64,000 bases of DNA, taken from the NCBI GenBank assembly GCA_002293725.1, contig DBDU01000015.1:19793-83792 (forward strand). Reading direction: 5' to 3'. A program made the position numbers and the translations under genes. The DNA is from Patescibacteria group bacterium UBA924 (GTDB lineage: Bacteria; Patescibacteriota; Microgenomatia; UBA1400; PJMF01). The notes beneath the pieces are model-generated. The model worked only from the letters and a program-made list of their open reading frames with translations, made no database searches and was not told the DNA's origin. Below are positions 56,057 through 64,000 of this stretch, piece by piece; positions within the stretch are counted from its first letter, which is position 1, and every line of letters begins with the position of its first letter.

Positions 56057-56994
56057 AGAAGAAGCTTTTCAATTCCCTCTGCATATAAACTATGTGCTAG
56101 TGCCGAAGGGTGCCTCTCCATCTTTGTAACAAATAGTTTTTCTTGTTGCTTGGTGTTATCGAGACCTAGCATTCCAAAAGTCAGAACTGGGAGCCCAAAC
56201 TGACGATATTGATCGGCCATTGCCAAACTGTCAGGGTTAGATGTCAGCAGCGAGTCTAGATCAACATATACTGCATGTTCCCGTGGAAACTCAGGGAGCA
56301 AGGCTTGTACCACACAGTAGTTTTTAGTCCCAGTTTCCAGTGATCGTTTTACTCGTTGAGGATAAACAACGCCTACGTCAACTTGATCGTAATCTTCAGA
56401 GATATCCCAAACAATCTCCCCTTCACAAGCATCTATCTTTTCCTGTCCCTCATTCCCGTACCAGGGATATTTTTTGAGAAAAGCGTCGTTATGAACGATG
56501 GCAAAGACATAGAGGTCAACTTTTGTTCCTGATTTCTGAACAGCAAGATACTTCCGCCATTGGTCAATAATGTTGTCACCTTCTAAGGCAAAAGTGAGTA
56601 CTTGAGTTGGTCGATGTCGGTCTAGTTTTCTTTCCAAGACATCTCCAAGTCGCTGGTCTTCTCTGACACCTTTCCCCCAAATATAGGAGTCTCCAAAGAG
56701 CGCAATCGTAAACTCATTCGAGGCAGTGCTTCCCAGTACTCGGGGTTCTTTTTCTTCTTCAATGTACTCTATCAGAGCCAAAACATCTTCTCCTCGACTG
56801 CCAAAAGTGGAAAGTGCTTTATAACTCCCATCGTCTACCGGCCAATATCCGTGTGCGATGGATTTTTGATAAAAAAACTTATCAAAGAAGTAATGCTCCG
56901 CAACCAAATAACATCCTATCACTGCCACGATGGTAGTAACTGTGAGTGCTCCAAAAACCAGCACAACTGGAAGAGTTTTTTGACGGAGAAACAT
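56023..56994 (-). CDS. SGNH/GDSL hydrolase-family membrane-anchored protein
   Basis: FGDSY, G, ND and a C-terminal HPS...H. Confidence 0.75.
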   Translation of the reverse strand: MFLRQKTLPVVLVFGALTVTTIVAVIGCYLVAEHYFFDKFFYQKSIAHGYWPVDDGSYKALSTFGSRGEDVLALIEYIEEEKEPRVLGSTASNEFTIALFGDSYIWGKGVREDQRLGDVLERKLDRHRPTQVLTFALEGDNIIDQWRKYLAVQKSGTKVDLYVFAIVHNDAFLKKYPWYGNEGQEKIDACEGEIVWDISEDYDQVDVGVVYPQRVKRSLETGTKNYCVVQALLPEFPREHAVYVDLDSLLTSNPDSLAMADQYRQFGLPVLTFGMLGLDNTKQQEKLFVTKMERHPSALAHSLYAEGIEKLLLQDKSFAFLER

Positions 56995-57807
56995 TTACAG
57001 AAGCTCTATATCCTCAATCATAGGATAGATGCTATATGTTTCTGTTGTAAAGGGAAGCCCAGCATTGATACTGACGCGGTAGTTATCCAACATTACGACG
57101 TCCTTGCCATTGACTCGTTTGACTGCAACTTCCATTTCCATCGCTATATCTTGATATAGGGGGTTATAACGCACATGGAAGTTACCTAAGTAATCTTCAG
57201 TAATCTGTTTGGCTTGAGTTACTTTTACATCAGTAACTTTCATAATTACATTCCCGTGCGAGTCGTACATCGCGTCGCCCACTTTAATCTTCCGAGCCAG
57301 ACTGGGCTCTACACCTCTACCAATAGTTTTCACTCGAACCATACGGTCCTCCACATTGAGCTTTACTATATTGGGGGCATCGATAACAAAACCGTCAAAA
57401 GTAACATTATTCAAGTTAAAACGCATAGGCGTACCGTACATCAGTGTTTTACCGCGGGCGGAGTAGGTTTGAGTACGCGTGTCATATGTTGCCCGAACGC
57501 GGAGTGTTAGGTACACAGTTTTTGTTTCTGGAGTAACAGAGAATGACTCTACGTTAGTGATTTCTGTCACGATACGGCCAATCACGTCTCGCTCGAAGTC
57601 TCCAACATGAAACTGCCAAGCATAGATATTTCGCGGTTCTCGATATGCTGAAAGTACTTCTTGGTCTGTCACTTTAACTCGGATATCGATGTACTGCGCC
57701 CGTCGGTAGAAGAAAAGGAAGAAGCCAACTAAAACAACGACTACCGTGATACCAATCACTGCATCAAACCAATGAATTTTAGGAATTTTCTTTAATAGTT
57801 TTTTCAT
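56995..57807 (-). CDS. DUF4330-like membrane-anchored protein (duplicated beta domain)
   Basis: N-terminal TM and two VGD..D..G....T.V repeats. SD and ATG at 57807. Confidence 0.6.
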   Translation of the reverse strand: MKKLLKKIPKIHWFDAVIGITVVVVLVGFFLFFYRRAQYIDIRVKVTDQEVLSAYREPRNIYAWQFHVGDFERDVIGRIVTEITNVESFSVTPETKTVYLTLRVRATYDTRTQTYSARGKTLMYGTPMRFNLNNVTFDGFVIDAPNIVKLNVEDRMVRVKTIGRGVEPSLARKIKVGDAMYDSHGNVIMKVTDVKVTQAKQITEDYLGNFHVRYNPLYQDIAMEMEVAVKRVNGKDVVMLDNYRVSINAGLPFTTETYSIYPMIEDIELL

Positions 57808-59356
57808 CTTTTCCCTTAACAGACACCGAAAGATAGTACCAATATCCCCCAAATCCTAAAACTATTCCCAAGAAGGGAAACTCAACAATACCAATATGAG
57901 GTAGAAAGATCCAGAATACTATGTTGAGTAGTAAACCCCCAATATACCCCAAACGAAAGTATTTGTGTGAAGAGTATTTTCTGCCTACTACTATGGCAAA
58001 ACGAAGGAGATATAAAAACGGAAGGAGCAGAATGATCAAGCCCACCAGACCAATTTCAAGCCAAAGTTGCAGAAAAGTCATGTGGACCACTGCTGGAAAA
58101 ACGCTCATTACTCCATCTGGAAAAAGACGATGCAGTACATACTCATTTGTTCCTACACCATAGCCAACCAGAGGACTGCCAATGATAGCTTCGATTGCTT
58201 CTTCAAACATACGTAACCGAATCGCCAAACCAGCTCCCTCATAACCAGTATTAACACTCAGAATAACTCTAGGAATTAAGCTAAAGGCACTCAAAATAAA
58301 GGCAGAAAGCGCCAAAAAGGCAATCCTTTTTATACCAACTTTTCTTAATAAGAAGAGTACTTCAGCCGAGTAAACTCGCAAGTTGAGTAACACTACTAAT
58401 GCGGAACCAATCATCACTGATCGGCTTTGGGTAAGGATGATCGTAATAAAGCCAAAACATGCTATGACGCTATAAAGAATAGATTTCTTTTGTAAAGCAT
58501 ATGGAAGAAGTAAAGAGCTTAAGAGACCAACCACTAGCGCCAGTTGGTTCGCCATCATAAAGGTTGCCATTACGCGAAAAACTGCGTTGTTTTCATCGAG
58601 GCCTGTTGCAAAAGTACCAGCAGAAAATGCTTCAAATGGCAGTCCCACACTACGCTGAAAGATGAGCTGTAACATACTGACTACAAACTGGGTACAGAGC
58701 ACCCCGCTGATGGTAATCATTAAGTATTTTTTAAAACGAGGCTGGGTCATTAATCCAAGGCAAATACCGGTTGCCACGAAGTACATAAATGAGTACTGCC
58801 ATAACCAAACTAAAGAGAGCTGAAAGTACGGCGAGAACCGACTACTGCTATATAGTCCAATTCCCAAAAAGGCAGTCCAAACTATAACCATTCCTAATAA
58901 CACTCGGGTCATGTAGGTCGTTAACTGTTTTCTCTTTAGGATTAGCTCGCGAAAAAATGCGCCAAAGCTCAAGATAAAAAAGAAGCTTGCTAGATGATAG
59001 TAATACGTAATCGAGTAACCAAAGCTATAGACCCTTTCTGCAATCTCACTACCTCGAATAACCTCGATGCTATACCCCTTATTTGGGTGAACGAACTGGA
59101 GTGTAAAAAGAAATGTCAAAAAAAAGCCAGCAAAAGCGTTTTTAAGCCTATAGGAAATAATGCTGGCAACGATGAGGTATAGTACAAAGAATGACCGAAT
59201 CCCGCCGAAAAAAGAAACCGAGGAGATCAACACCGCGCCTGCAAAAAGAAACGCCAAGGTTAAAGAAGAGCTTGCCCAAATGTTACGTGCTTGTACGAGG
59301 CAGAAATGCAGAAGCCTTTGTTGAGCGTTGTCTTGAGTCAATTTTGAACCAAACAT
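57779..59356 (-). CDS. O-antigen ligase/polymerase-like (Wzy_C) protein
   Basis: R..ATF...N.LA, LTQSRS, R..M, PL.GYG and VH..FLQ...EIG..G. Start uncertain (ATG 59356 or TTG 59257). Confidence 0.85.
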   Translation of the reverse strand: MFGSKLTQDNAQQRLLHFCLVQARNIWASSSLTLAFLFAGAVLISSVSFFGGIRSFFVLYLIVASIISYRLKNAFAGFFLTFLFTLQFVHPNKGYSIEVIRGSEIAERVYSFGYSITYYYHLASFFFILSFGAFFRELILKRKQLTTYMTRVLLGMVIVWTAFLGIGLYSSSRFSPYFQLSLVWLWQYSFMYFVATGICLGLMTQPRFKKYLMITISGVLCTQFVVSMLQLIFQRSVGLPFEAFSAGTFATGLDENNAVFRVMATFMMANQLALVVGLLSSLLLPYALQKKSILYSVIACFGFITIILTQSRSVMIGSALVVLLNLRVYSAEVLFLLRKVGIKRIAFLALSAFILSAFSLIPRVILSVNTGYEGAGLAIRLRMFEEAIEAIIGSPLVGYGVGTNEYVLHRLFPDGVMSVFPAVVHMTFLQLWLEIGLVGLIILLLPFLYLLRFAIVVGRKYSSHKYFRLGYIGGLLLNIVFWIFLPHIGIVEFPFLGIVLGFGGYWYYLSVSVKGKDEKTIKENS

Positions 59357-60039
59357 ATAAAAACGTTACGATCCTCTTCGTCGATGACGCCTCTGACTAT
59401 ACCAAAGAAGTACGAAAAAGAATTAACCATCTCTTACGTGACCATGTCGTGGTCTGGCGCAAAGAGCGTTACTTCTCAGTCCGAAATGCTTATGAAATGA
59501 TCACAACTTTTTGTGATGACCCCGATGGAGTAGTTGTCAACGTTGATGCTGACGATTGGCTGGCTCACCGTACTGCGCTCAAAACTATCATCCAGTTTTA
59601 TAAGACTGAACGTTGTCTCTTTAGCTATGGCAACTGTTATGTCTGGCAAGGTCAGGATCTCGATAGACTGCCGATTGCTTCTGAAGTTATGCCTGCCTGT
59701 AACATCCCGTACTCTAAAGATGTCATTAAAAACCATACTTTTCGCTCTGTTCCATTTTTAATTTACCATCCAAGAACTTGGAAAGTGGGCGCTTTTAAGT
59801 CTATTCCACTAGACGCTTTTAAACGAAGCGATGGCCATTGGCTGCAGTTTTGTGAAGATCAAGCAATCTTCTTTCCATTGTTAGAGATGTATCCGAAACA
59901 GTGGTACTTCTGTCCTACTCCGTTATCTGTCTATAACCAAGCAAACGTTTCGGCAGATATAAAATTGCATCGTTTAGAAACCCTGAGAGATGAGATTGAG
60001 ATACGTCGAAAGACACCATATGCGCCAGTCAGCATATAA
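59191..60039 (+). CDS. Glycosyltransferase family 2
   Basis: N.E.FVERCLESILNQTY, VDDASD, VDADDWL and CEDQA. Start uncertain (ATG 59191 or TTG 59272). Confidence 0.88.
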   Translation: MTESRRKKKPRRSTPRLQKETPRLKKSLPKCYVLVRGRNAEAFVERCLESILNQTYKNVTILFVDDASDYTKEVRKRINHLLRDHVVVWRKERYFSVRNAYEMITTFCDDPDGVVVNVDADDWLAHRTALKTIIQFYKTERCLFSYGNCYVWQGQDLDRLPIASEVMPACNIPYSKDVIKNHTFRSVPFLIYHPRTWKVGAFKSIPLDAFKRSDGHWLQFCEDQAIFFPLLEMYPKQWYFCPTPLSVYNQANVSADIKLHRLETLRDEIEIRRKTPYAPVSI

Positions 60040-61603
60040 CCTTCGCTACTCTCGATTGTTAAGTCTTCCTCTTATTGGAGTTAGTCTTTACTTTTTACAA
60101 CTCTTCCTCTTACGAGTTGGTTTTCTCCATACAGTCTGGATCTCTCGGAAAGCAGTTCCTGTGCGCACACGGTTGCTTCATCTATTACAACAAAAAGCTA
60201 GCGTAATTTTTTGCCAAGCATGGCAGCTCGGCGAGCAACTCAGACCTCTTCAACATAACTTTGTTCTAGTTTACCGAGAGTCACATCCCAGAAATTTAGA
60301 CTTATCAGACCTTTACTGTCTACAGTGGTCTCTAACATTAGCTCAGGCTGTCACTCCAGAGAGTATCTCTTCCCTAGGTGAACTACTTCCCAAAAACTAC
60401 CCAGTCTGGCGGACAGTAGCTCTTTCCGTCCACCAAGAGCTATCTGTGCAGTGTGATTTTATCGAGCAAACAGTAAAAGAGTTGGTTCGTAGAAAGTTTG
60501 TTGTCGTACTCGTTAGTCATGTTAAACAACCATCTCACATTAAAGAACGATACACCGATCAAGCTAAAGTTTTACTGATTGAAACCCCACCACCTTCTTT
60601 CTTTAGCCATCTTCCCTATCGTTTACAACTCTCTGCGACTAACATTTGGAAGATCTTCATCACCTTGCGCATTAAGTACATCCTTCAGCTATTTCGCAAC
60701 CCGCTGTTGTGGTGTTTTGACCCTGATGACATTCAGTCACTTGAGTTATTCCCTCCTCAAATCCCTACTTTATATGACTGCGTTGACTTCTATACCAGTC
60801 TCGATGAAAAACTAAAGAAAAAAATTGAAAAAAACCAGCAGAAACTGCTCCGACGAGCAACTTTTGTATGCGTTAACTCTCGAACCCTAGACAAGATTCA
60901 CAAGAAGATCAGAAAAGATGTCAGACTTGTCCCACAAGGTTTTGATCGGTCTTCATTTTTAACAGTAGCGAGAAAGGCAAAAAGTGAGCAAGTCAGAGCA
61001 TTTTTTTCGGCACTCAGAGAGCGACAAAAAAGCTACAGAGGAGTTGTAACCTATGTCGGGACATTATCCTACCGAGTTGACTACCAACTTTTAATTCAGG
61101 TTATTCGTTCCACTCCTAAACTTCTTTTCTGTTTACCACAAACGGTACTGCCTTGGCAGGCTGAAGATGAAACGACACTTTGGCAACAGTTTCTCCAGGA
61201 ACTCAAAGCCCTTCCGAATGTACTGTGGTTTCCTCAACTCAAACGAGTCGAAGTAAAAATGCTTTTAGCTCAAAGTAATGTTGGTTTTATTCCTTACAAC
61301 ACACGATTTCTCTTTAACCGCTACTGCTTTCCAATGAAACTCTTTGAGCACTTTAGCGTTGGCATTCCTACTGTTTCTACTCCTATCGAAGAGTTAAAGT
61401 ACTACGCTGATTACGTCAAAGTTGGAAGAGACAGCCTCCAAGTGCGAAAACACCTACTAGCCTCAGTTAAAAAACCACTTAGTTCAGTACAAAAAAAAGA
61501 ACTAGAAAAACTCTGTCAACAACATAGTTGGCAGGCAAAGGTTGGCACAATCGTTAATTTGTTGAATGAAGAGTACTACTCAAAGTCTCAATTTTTGCTT
61601 TAA
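60020..61603 (+). CDS. GT-B glycosyltransferase (TuaH-like) with N-terminal extension
   Basis: YDCVD, YVG.L..RVD, IPY and PMKLFEH...G.P.VST. Confidence 0.8.
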   Translation: MRQSAYNLRYSRLLSLPLIGVSLYFLQLFLLRVGFLHTVWISRKAVPVRTRLLHLLQQKASVIFCQAWQLGEQLRPLQHNFVLVYRESHPRNLDLSDLYCLQWSLTLAQAVTPESISSLGELLPKNYPVWRTVALSVHQELSVQCDFIEQTVKELVRRKFVVVLVSHVKQPSHIKERYTDQAKVLLIETPPPSFFSHLPYRLQLSATNIWKIFITLRIKYILQLFRNPLLWCFDPDDIQSLELFPPQIPTLYDCVDFYTSLDEKLKKKIEKNQQKLLRRATFVCVNSRTLDKIHKKIRKDVRLVPQGFDRSSFLTVARKAKSEQVRAFFSALRERQKSYRGVVTYVGTLSYRVDYQLLIQVIRSTPKLLFCLPQTVLPWQAEDETTLWQQFLQELKALPNVLWFPQLKRVEVKMLLAQSNVGFIPYNTRFLFNRYCFPMKLFEHFSVGIPTVSTPIEELKYYADYVKVGRDSLQVRKHLLASVKKPLSSVQKKELEKLCQQHSWQAKVGTIVNLLNEEYYSKSQFLL

Positions 61604-63761
61604 CTTCATCTACCGTTTGCCGATCAAAATCTCTCTTTTCTTCACTGCCAGTCTCCCAAGTTTCTATCGCTTTTTGATAAGAAAGCAAGATATTTTTGAG
61701 TTCTTCAGCTGAAGAACTCAAACGAGTTTTATGAGACTGCCACTGTGTTTTAACTAACTCATAGATGCCCCAATCGTGACCTTGTTTCAGCAAGACTGTT
61801 ACCAGTCGTTCGGTAGCATAAATATCTCCATCGATGAGTGCTCGCTGAAGCTGTAGTGCTTCAGCTTGGTAGATGAGCTCATCGTATCGCGCCACGGTTC
61901 CAAACTCTACTGTTTCTAATAAATTGAGCAACTGTGGTCTGGAGAGTTCATTCAGCCGATGCATAATCGGAACTTCAGAAATATAAAATCTGTTTGGATT
62001 AATTTCATATCCAAGTTGGTAGAAACGTACTGCTTTATCTTTGTCGCTCTCAAAGAGAGAGTCACCTGCTTCAGTAGCCCAAGCCGCGACTTCACGGTGC
62101 TGATCATACTCAATGTCTTGCAGCTTCCCTGCAATCAGCTTTGCTCTCCACTTTTCTAGCGCAACTTCAAACTGCGACCAATCTTTAGATTCATATACGG
62201 CTTGAAGGTAATAAAGCTGTCTTTCCTGAGAAAGTGGGTCAAGCTGATTCGCTTTTTCTAAAAACTTTGCTTTATCGGCAGCTGACGTGTGAGCAGCACT
62301 TGCAGCCGTAACCCAAACTCGGTAATGCGCATCGTAAAGCCAAAGATAGTACTGACGGGACTTCTCATCAATTGGGTGAGAGTCCACCAGCAGATCTTCC
62401 ACTCGCCAGAAAGCAAAAGGAAACAACTGAACCGCTCGCTGTTTATCTCCCAATCTCCATACTCCTACGGAAATGACGTATAGCCCTGCCCATAACACAA
62501 CAATGCTACCTAAAGTAAAAAAGGAAAGTCGTACTACCTTGTTCCATCTTGCTAAAAAAGGGGCTGACTTTGCAGACAAGTCAATTTTTTGTTCAGTTAT
62601 CCAAACTCCCGTCAGTAACAAGAACACTAACCACAAACCGACCATGTGAAAGTTAAAGTCAAAAAGTGCTTGGAAAAGCACCATCACCGTACCTAGTCCA
62701 ATCCCAAACTGCACCCTCTCTTGGGGTGAATGTAATGCACGAACTGCCATTAAGAGCAGCCACCCAGTGAAACCAAGAAAGATCATGCCACCCAAGACTC
62801 CCAATTCTGTGAACATCTGTAAGTACTCGTTGTGAGCATATCCAGAGTACTCTCCAGAATGCTCTTGAAAACGCGGTGAAAGTAGCGCAAACGTTCCTGC
62901 TCCCCAACCTGTCAACGGACGTTGTTGCCAAGCTCGAATGGCTTGCGACCAATACGCTGGACGAAGCTCCGTATGAATCGACTTACACAACTGGTCTTTA
63001 AACTGAAGAACTGGACAGGCTCCATCCAAAAAACGAGATGAAAAACTGAGTACAAGAAAGATAACTCCCACCGATAAGATCACTCCAAAAAAGAGTCCGC
63101 CTACCCTTCGCAATTTTTTGTCCATCGTCGTTCGCCAAAGCACTAAAACTTCAACTGCACCAAGCAAGATCCCTACCCGAGAAAAACTAAGAAGTAATGC
63201 CAAGAGAATAATTACTACACCTAAACGAGCAACTTTTTTTCTTTCTCGTTCGGCTAAACTCCAAACCAGCGGCAAAATAAGTAAAAACAATGTAACTGCT
63301 TGGTTATGACCAAAGTATGAGGTCAATAAAGTGCTAGATGGAAGGAATGTTTGCAGCTGCGGTGAGAAAGTGTAAAACACTGTCATCACAGCAAAGATAA
63401 TGGACAGCACCACGCTCCCCAATAACAGCATAGCGTTTGGCATCCAGACTCTATCTCGATAGATTACAAATAGAAAAAGTAGAAAAGAAGCAGATAGATT
63501 GATGGATGAGTACAAGGTAAAGGGAAAGCTAATTGTTGTGATCAGTGATAGCAATGAAAACAGGGTGAGTAGACCCATCAAAGCGACTGGGACAAGTGTT
63601 TGAAACGTATTAGTAATCTTTAACTGTCGATGAAACAGAAGTAACAAAAGTACCAATCCGCCTAAAAGAGGAATGCCAGGAGTGGTTTCTCCAAAAATAA
63701 GAAGCAAAAAAAGAAGAGTGAAAAACAACAGAAAAAAAACCGTTTGAGACGCGGAATACAT
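61554..63761 (-). CDS. O-antigen ligase / O-OTase-like (Wzy_C) protein with TPR-like C-terminus; paralog of 45973-48189
   Basis: GHN, LSFSRVG, C...F.DQLCK, R..YW.QA, PL.GWG and HNEYLQ...ELG..G. Confidence 0.85.
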   Translation of the reverse strand: MYSASQTVFFLLFFTLLFLLLIFGETTPGIPLLGGLVLLLLLFHRQLKITNTFQTLVPVALMGLLTLFSLLSLITTISFPFTLYSSINLSASFLLFLFVIYRDRVWMPNAMLLLGSVVLSIIFAVMTVFYTFSPQLQTFLPSSTLLTSYFGHNQAVTLFLLILPLVWSLAERERKKVARLGVVIILLALLLSFSRVGILLGAVEVLVLWRTTMDKKLRRVGGLFFGVILSVGVIFLVLSFSSRFLDGACPVLQFKDQLCKSIHTELRPAYWSQAIRAWQQRPLTGWGAGTFALLSPRFQEHSGEYSGYAHNEYLQMFTELGVLGGMIFLGFTGWLLLMAVRALHSPQERVQFGIGLGTVMVLFQALFDFNFHMVGLWLVFLLLTGVWITEQKIDLSAKSAPFLARWNKVVRLSFFTLGSIVVLWAGLYVISVGVWRLGDKQRAVQLFPFAFWRVEDLLVDSHPIDEKSRQYYLWLYDAHYRVWVTAASAAHTSAADKAKFLEKANQLDPLSQERQLYYLQAVYESKDWSQFEVALEKWRAKLIAGKLQDIEYDQHREVAAWATEAGDSLFESDKDKAVRFYQLGYEINPNRFYISEVPIMHRLNELSRPQLLNLLETVEFGTVARYDELIYQAEALQLQRALIDGDIYATERLVTVLLKQGHDWGIYELVKTQWQSHKTRLSSSAEELKNILLSYQKAIETWETGSEEKRDFDRQTVDEVKAKIETLSSTLHSTN

Positions 63762-64000
63762 CAGGGTGATGGTAGCACTTTGTCCAGATAAACATCAACG
63801 CTGTCTATCTTTCTTTTCCAAGTTTGTGCCAGTGCTATTTTTTTGCCTTTTTCTAGCTTTCTTTTCGAAGGTGCTTGCTTCAACGCCTGACTAATCATTT
63901 TTTCAAACTCCGAGACTGTCTGTCCAAATAAGATATCTGTATAAGGTGTTAAAGATGGCAAAGGAGTCGAGACGATTGGTTTGCCCACGTAAAAGTACTC
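63761..64000 (-). CDS. GT-B glycosyltransferase, C-terminal part (5' end beyond the window)
   Basis: EYFYVGKPIVST...TW, the same C-terminal motif type as 60020-61603. Confidence 0.75.
   Translation of the reverse strand, partial: EYFYVGKPIVSTPLPSLTPYTDILFGQTVSEFEKMISQALKQAPSKRKLEKGKKIALAQTWKRKIDSVDVYLDKVLPSP

Noticed and set aside
45973..63761. Inverted paralogous Wzy_C genes as arms of an invertible segment
   Set aside because: Similarity is limited to protein motifs. No long DNA identity or adjacent invertase is evident by eye.

Overview
A 64-kb chromosomal segment of a small-genome bacterium using genetic code 11. The gene content and style suggest a Candidate Phyla Radiation (Patescibacteria, Microgenomates-like) organism; this is an inference. 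The left two-thirds carries housekeeping genes: trpS, a Xer recombinase, two CAT-anticodon tRNAs, dprA, groES/groEL with a CIRCE, yidC, a tsaC-tsaE fusion plus tsaD, nrdR plus a class II RNR with tandem NrdR boxes, two class A PBPs flanking a GH18, cmk, smpB, lepA, rpsT, murJ and pilN/pilO. Among them are large or Ser/Pro-rich surface proteins, a stand-alone RnlA-like HEPN gene, and an IS256/Mutator-type element whose transposase has no in-frame start codon. The last ~22 kb is a very tightly packed, strand-alternating surface-glycan locus. It holds many GT2/GT4 enzymes, an initiating sugar transferase, three O-antigen-ligase/O-OTase-like proteins, a methyltransferase, an SGNH protein and a PQQ-propeller/glycoside-hydrolase fusion. 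The most unexpected signal is a compact structured RNA at ~1346-1455 (minus strand) with its own promoter and mutually exclusive terminator/antiterminator folds, upstream of a small Cys-rich gene and trpS. No CRISPR array or rRNA was seen. All family calls come from motif recognition by eye, not from database searches.
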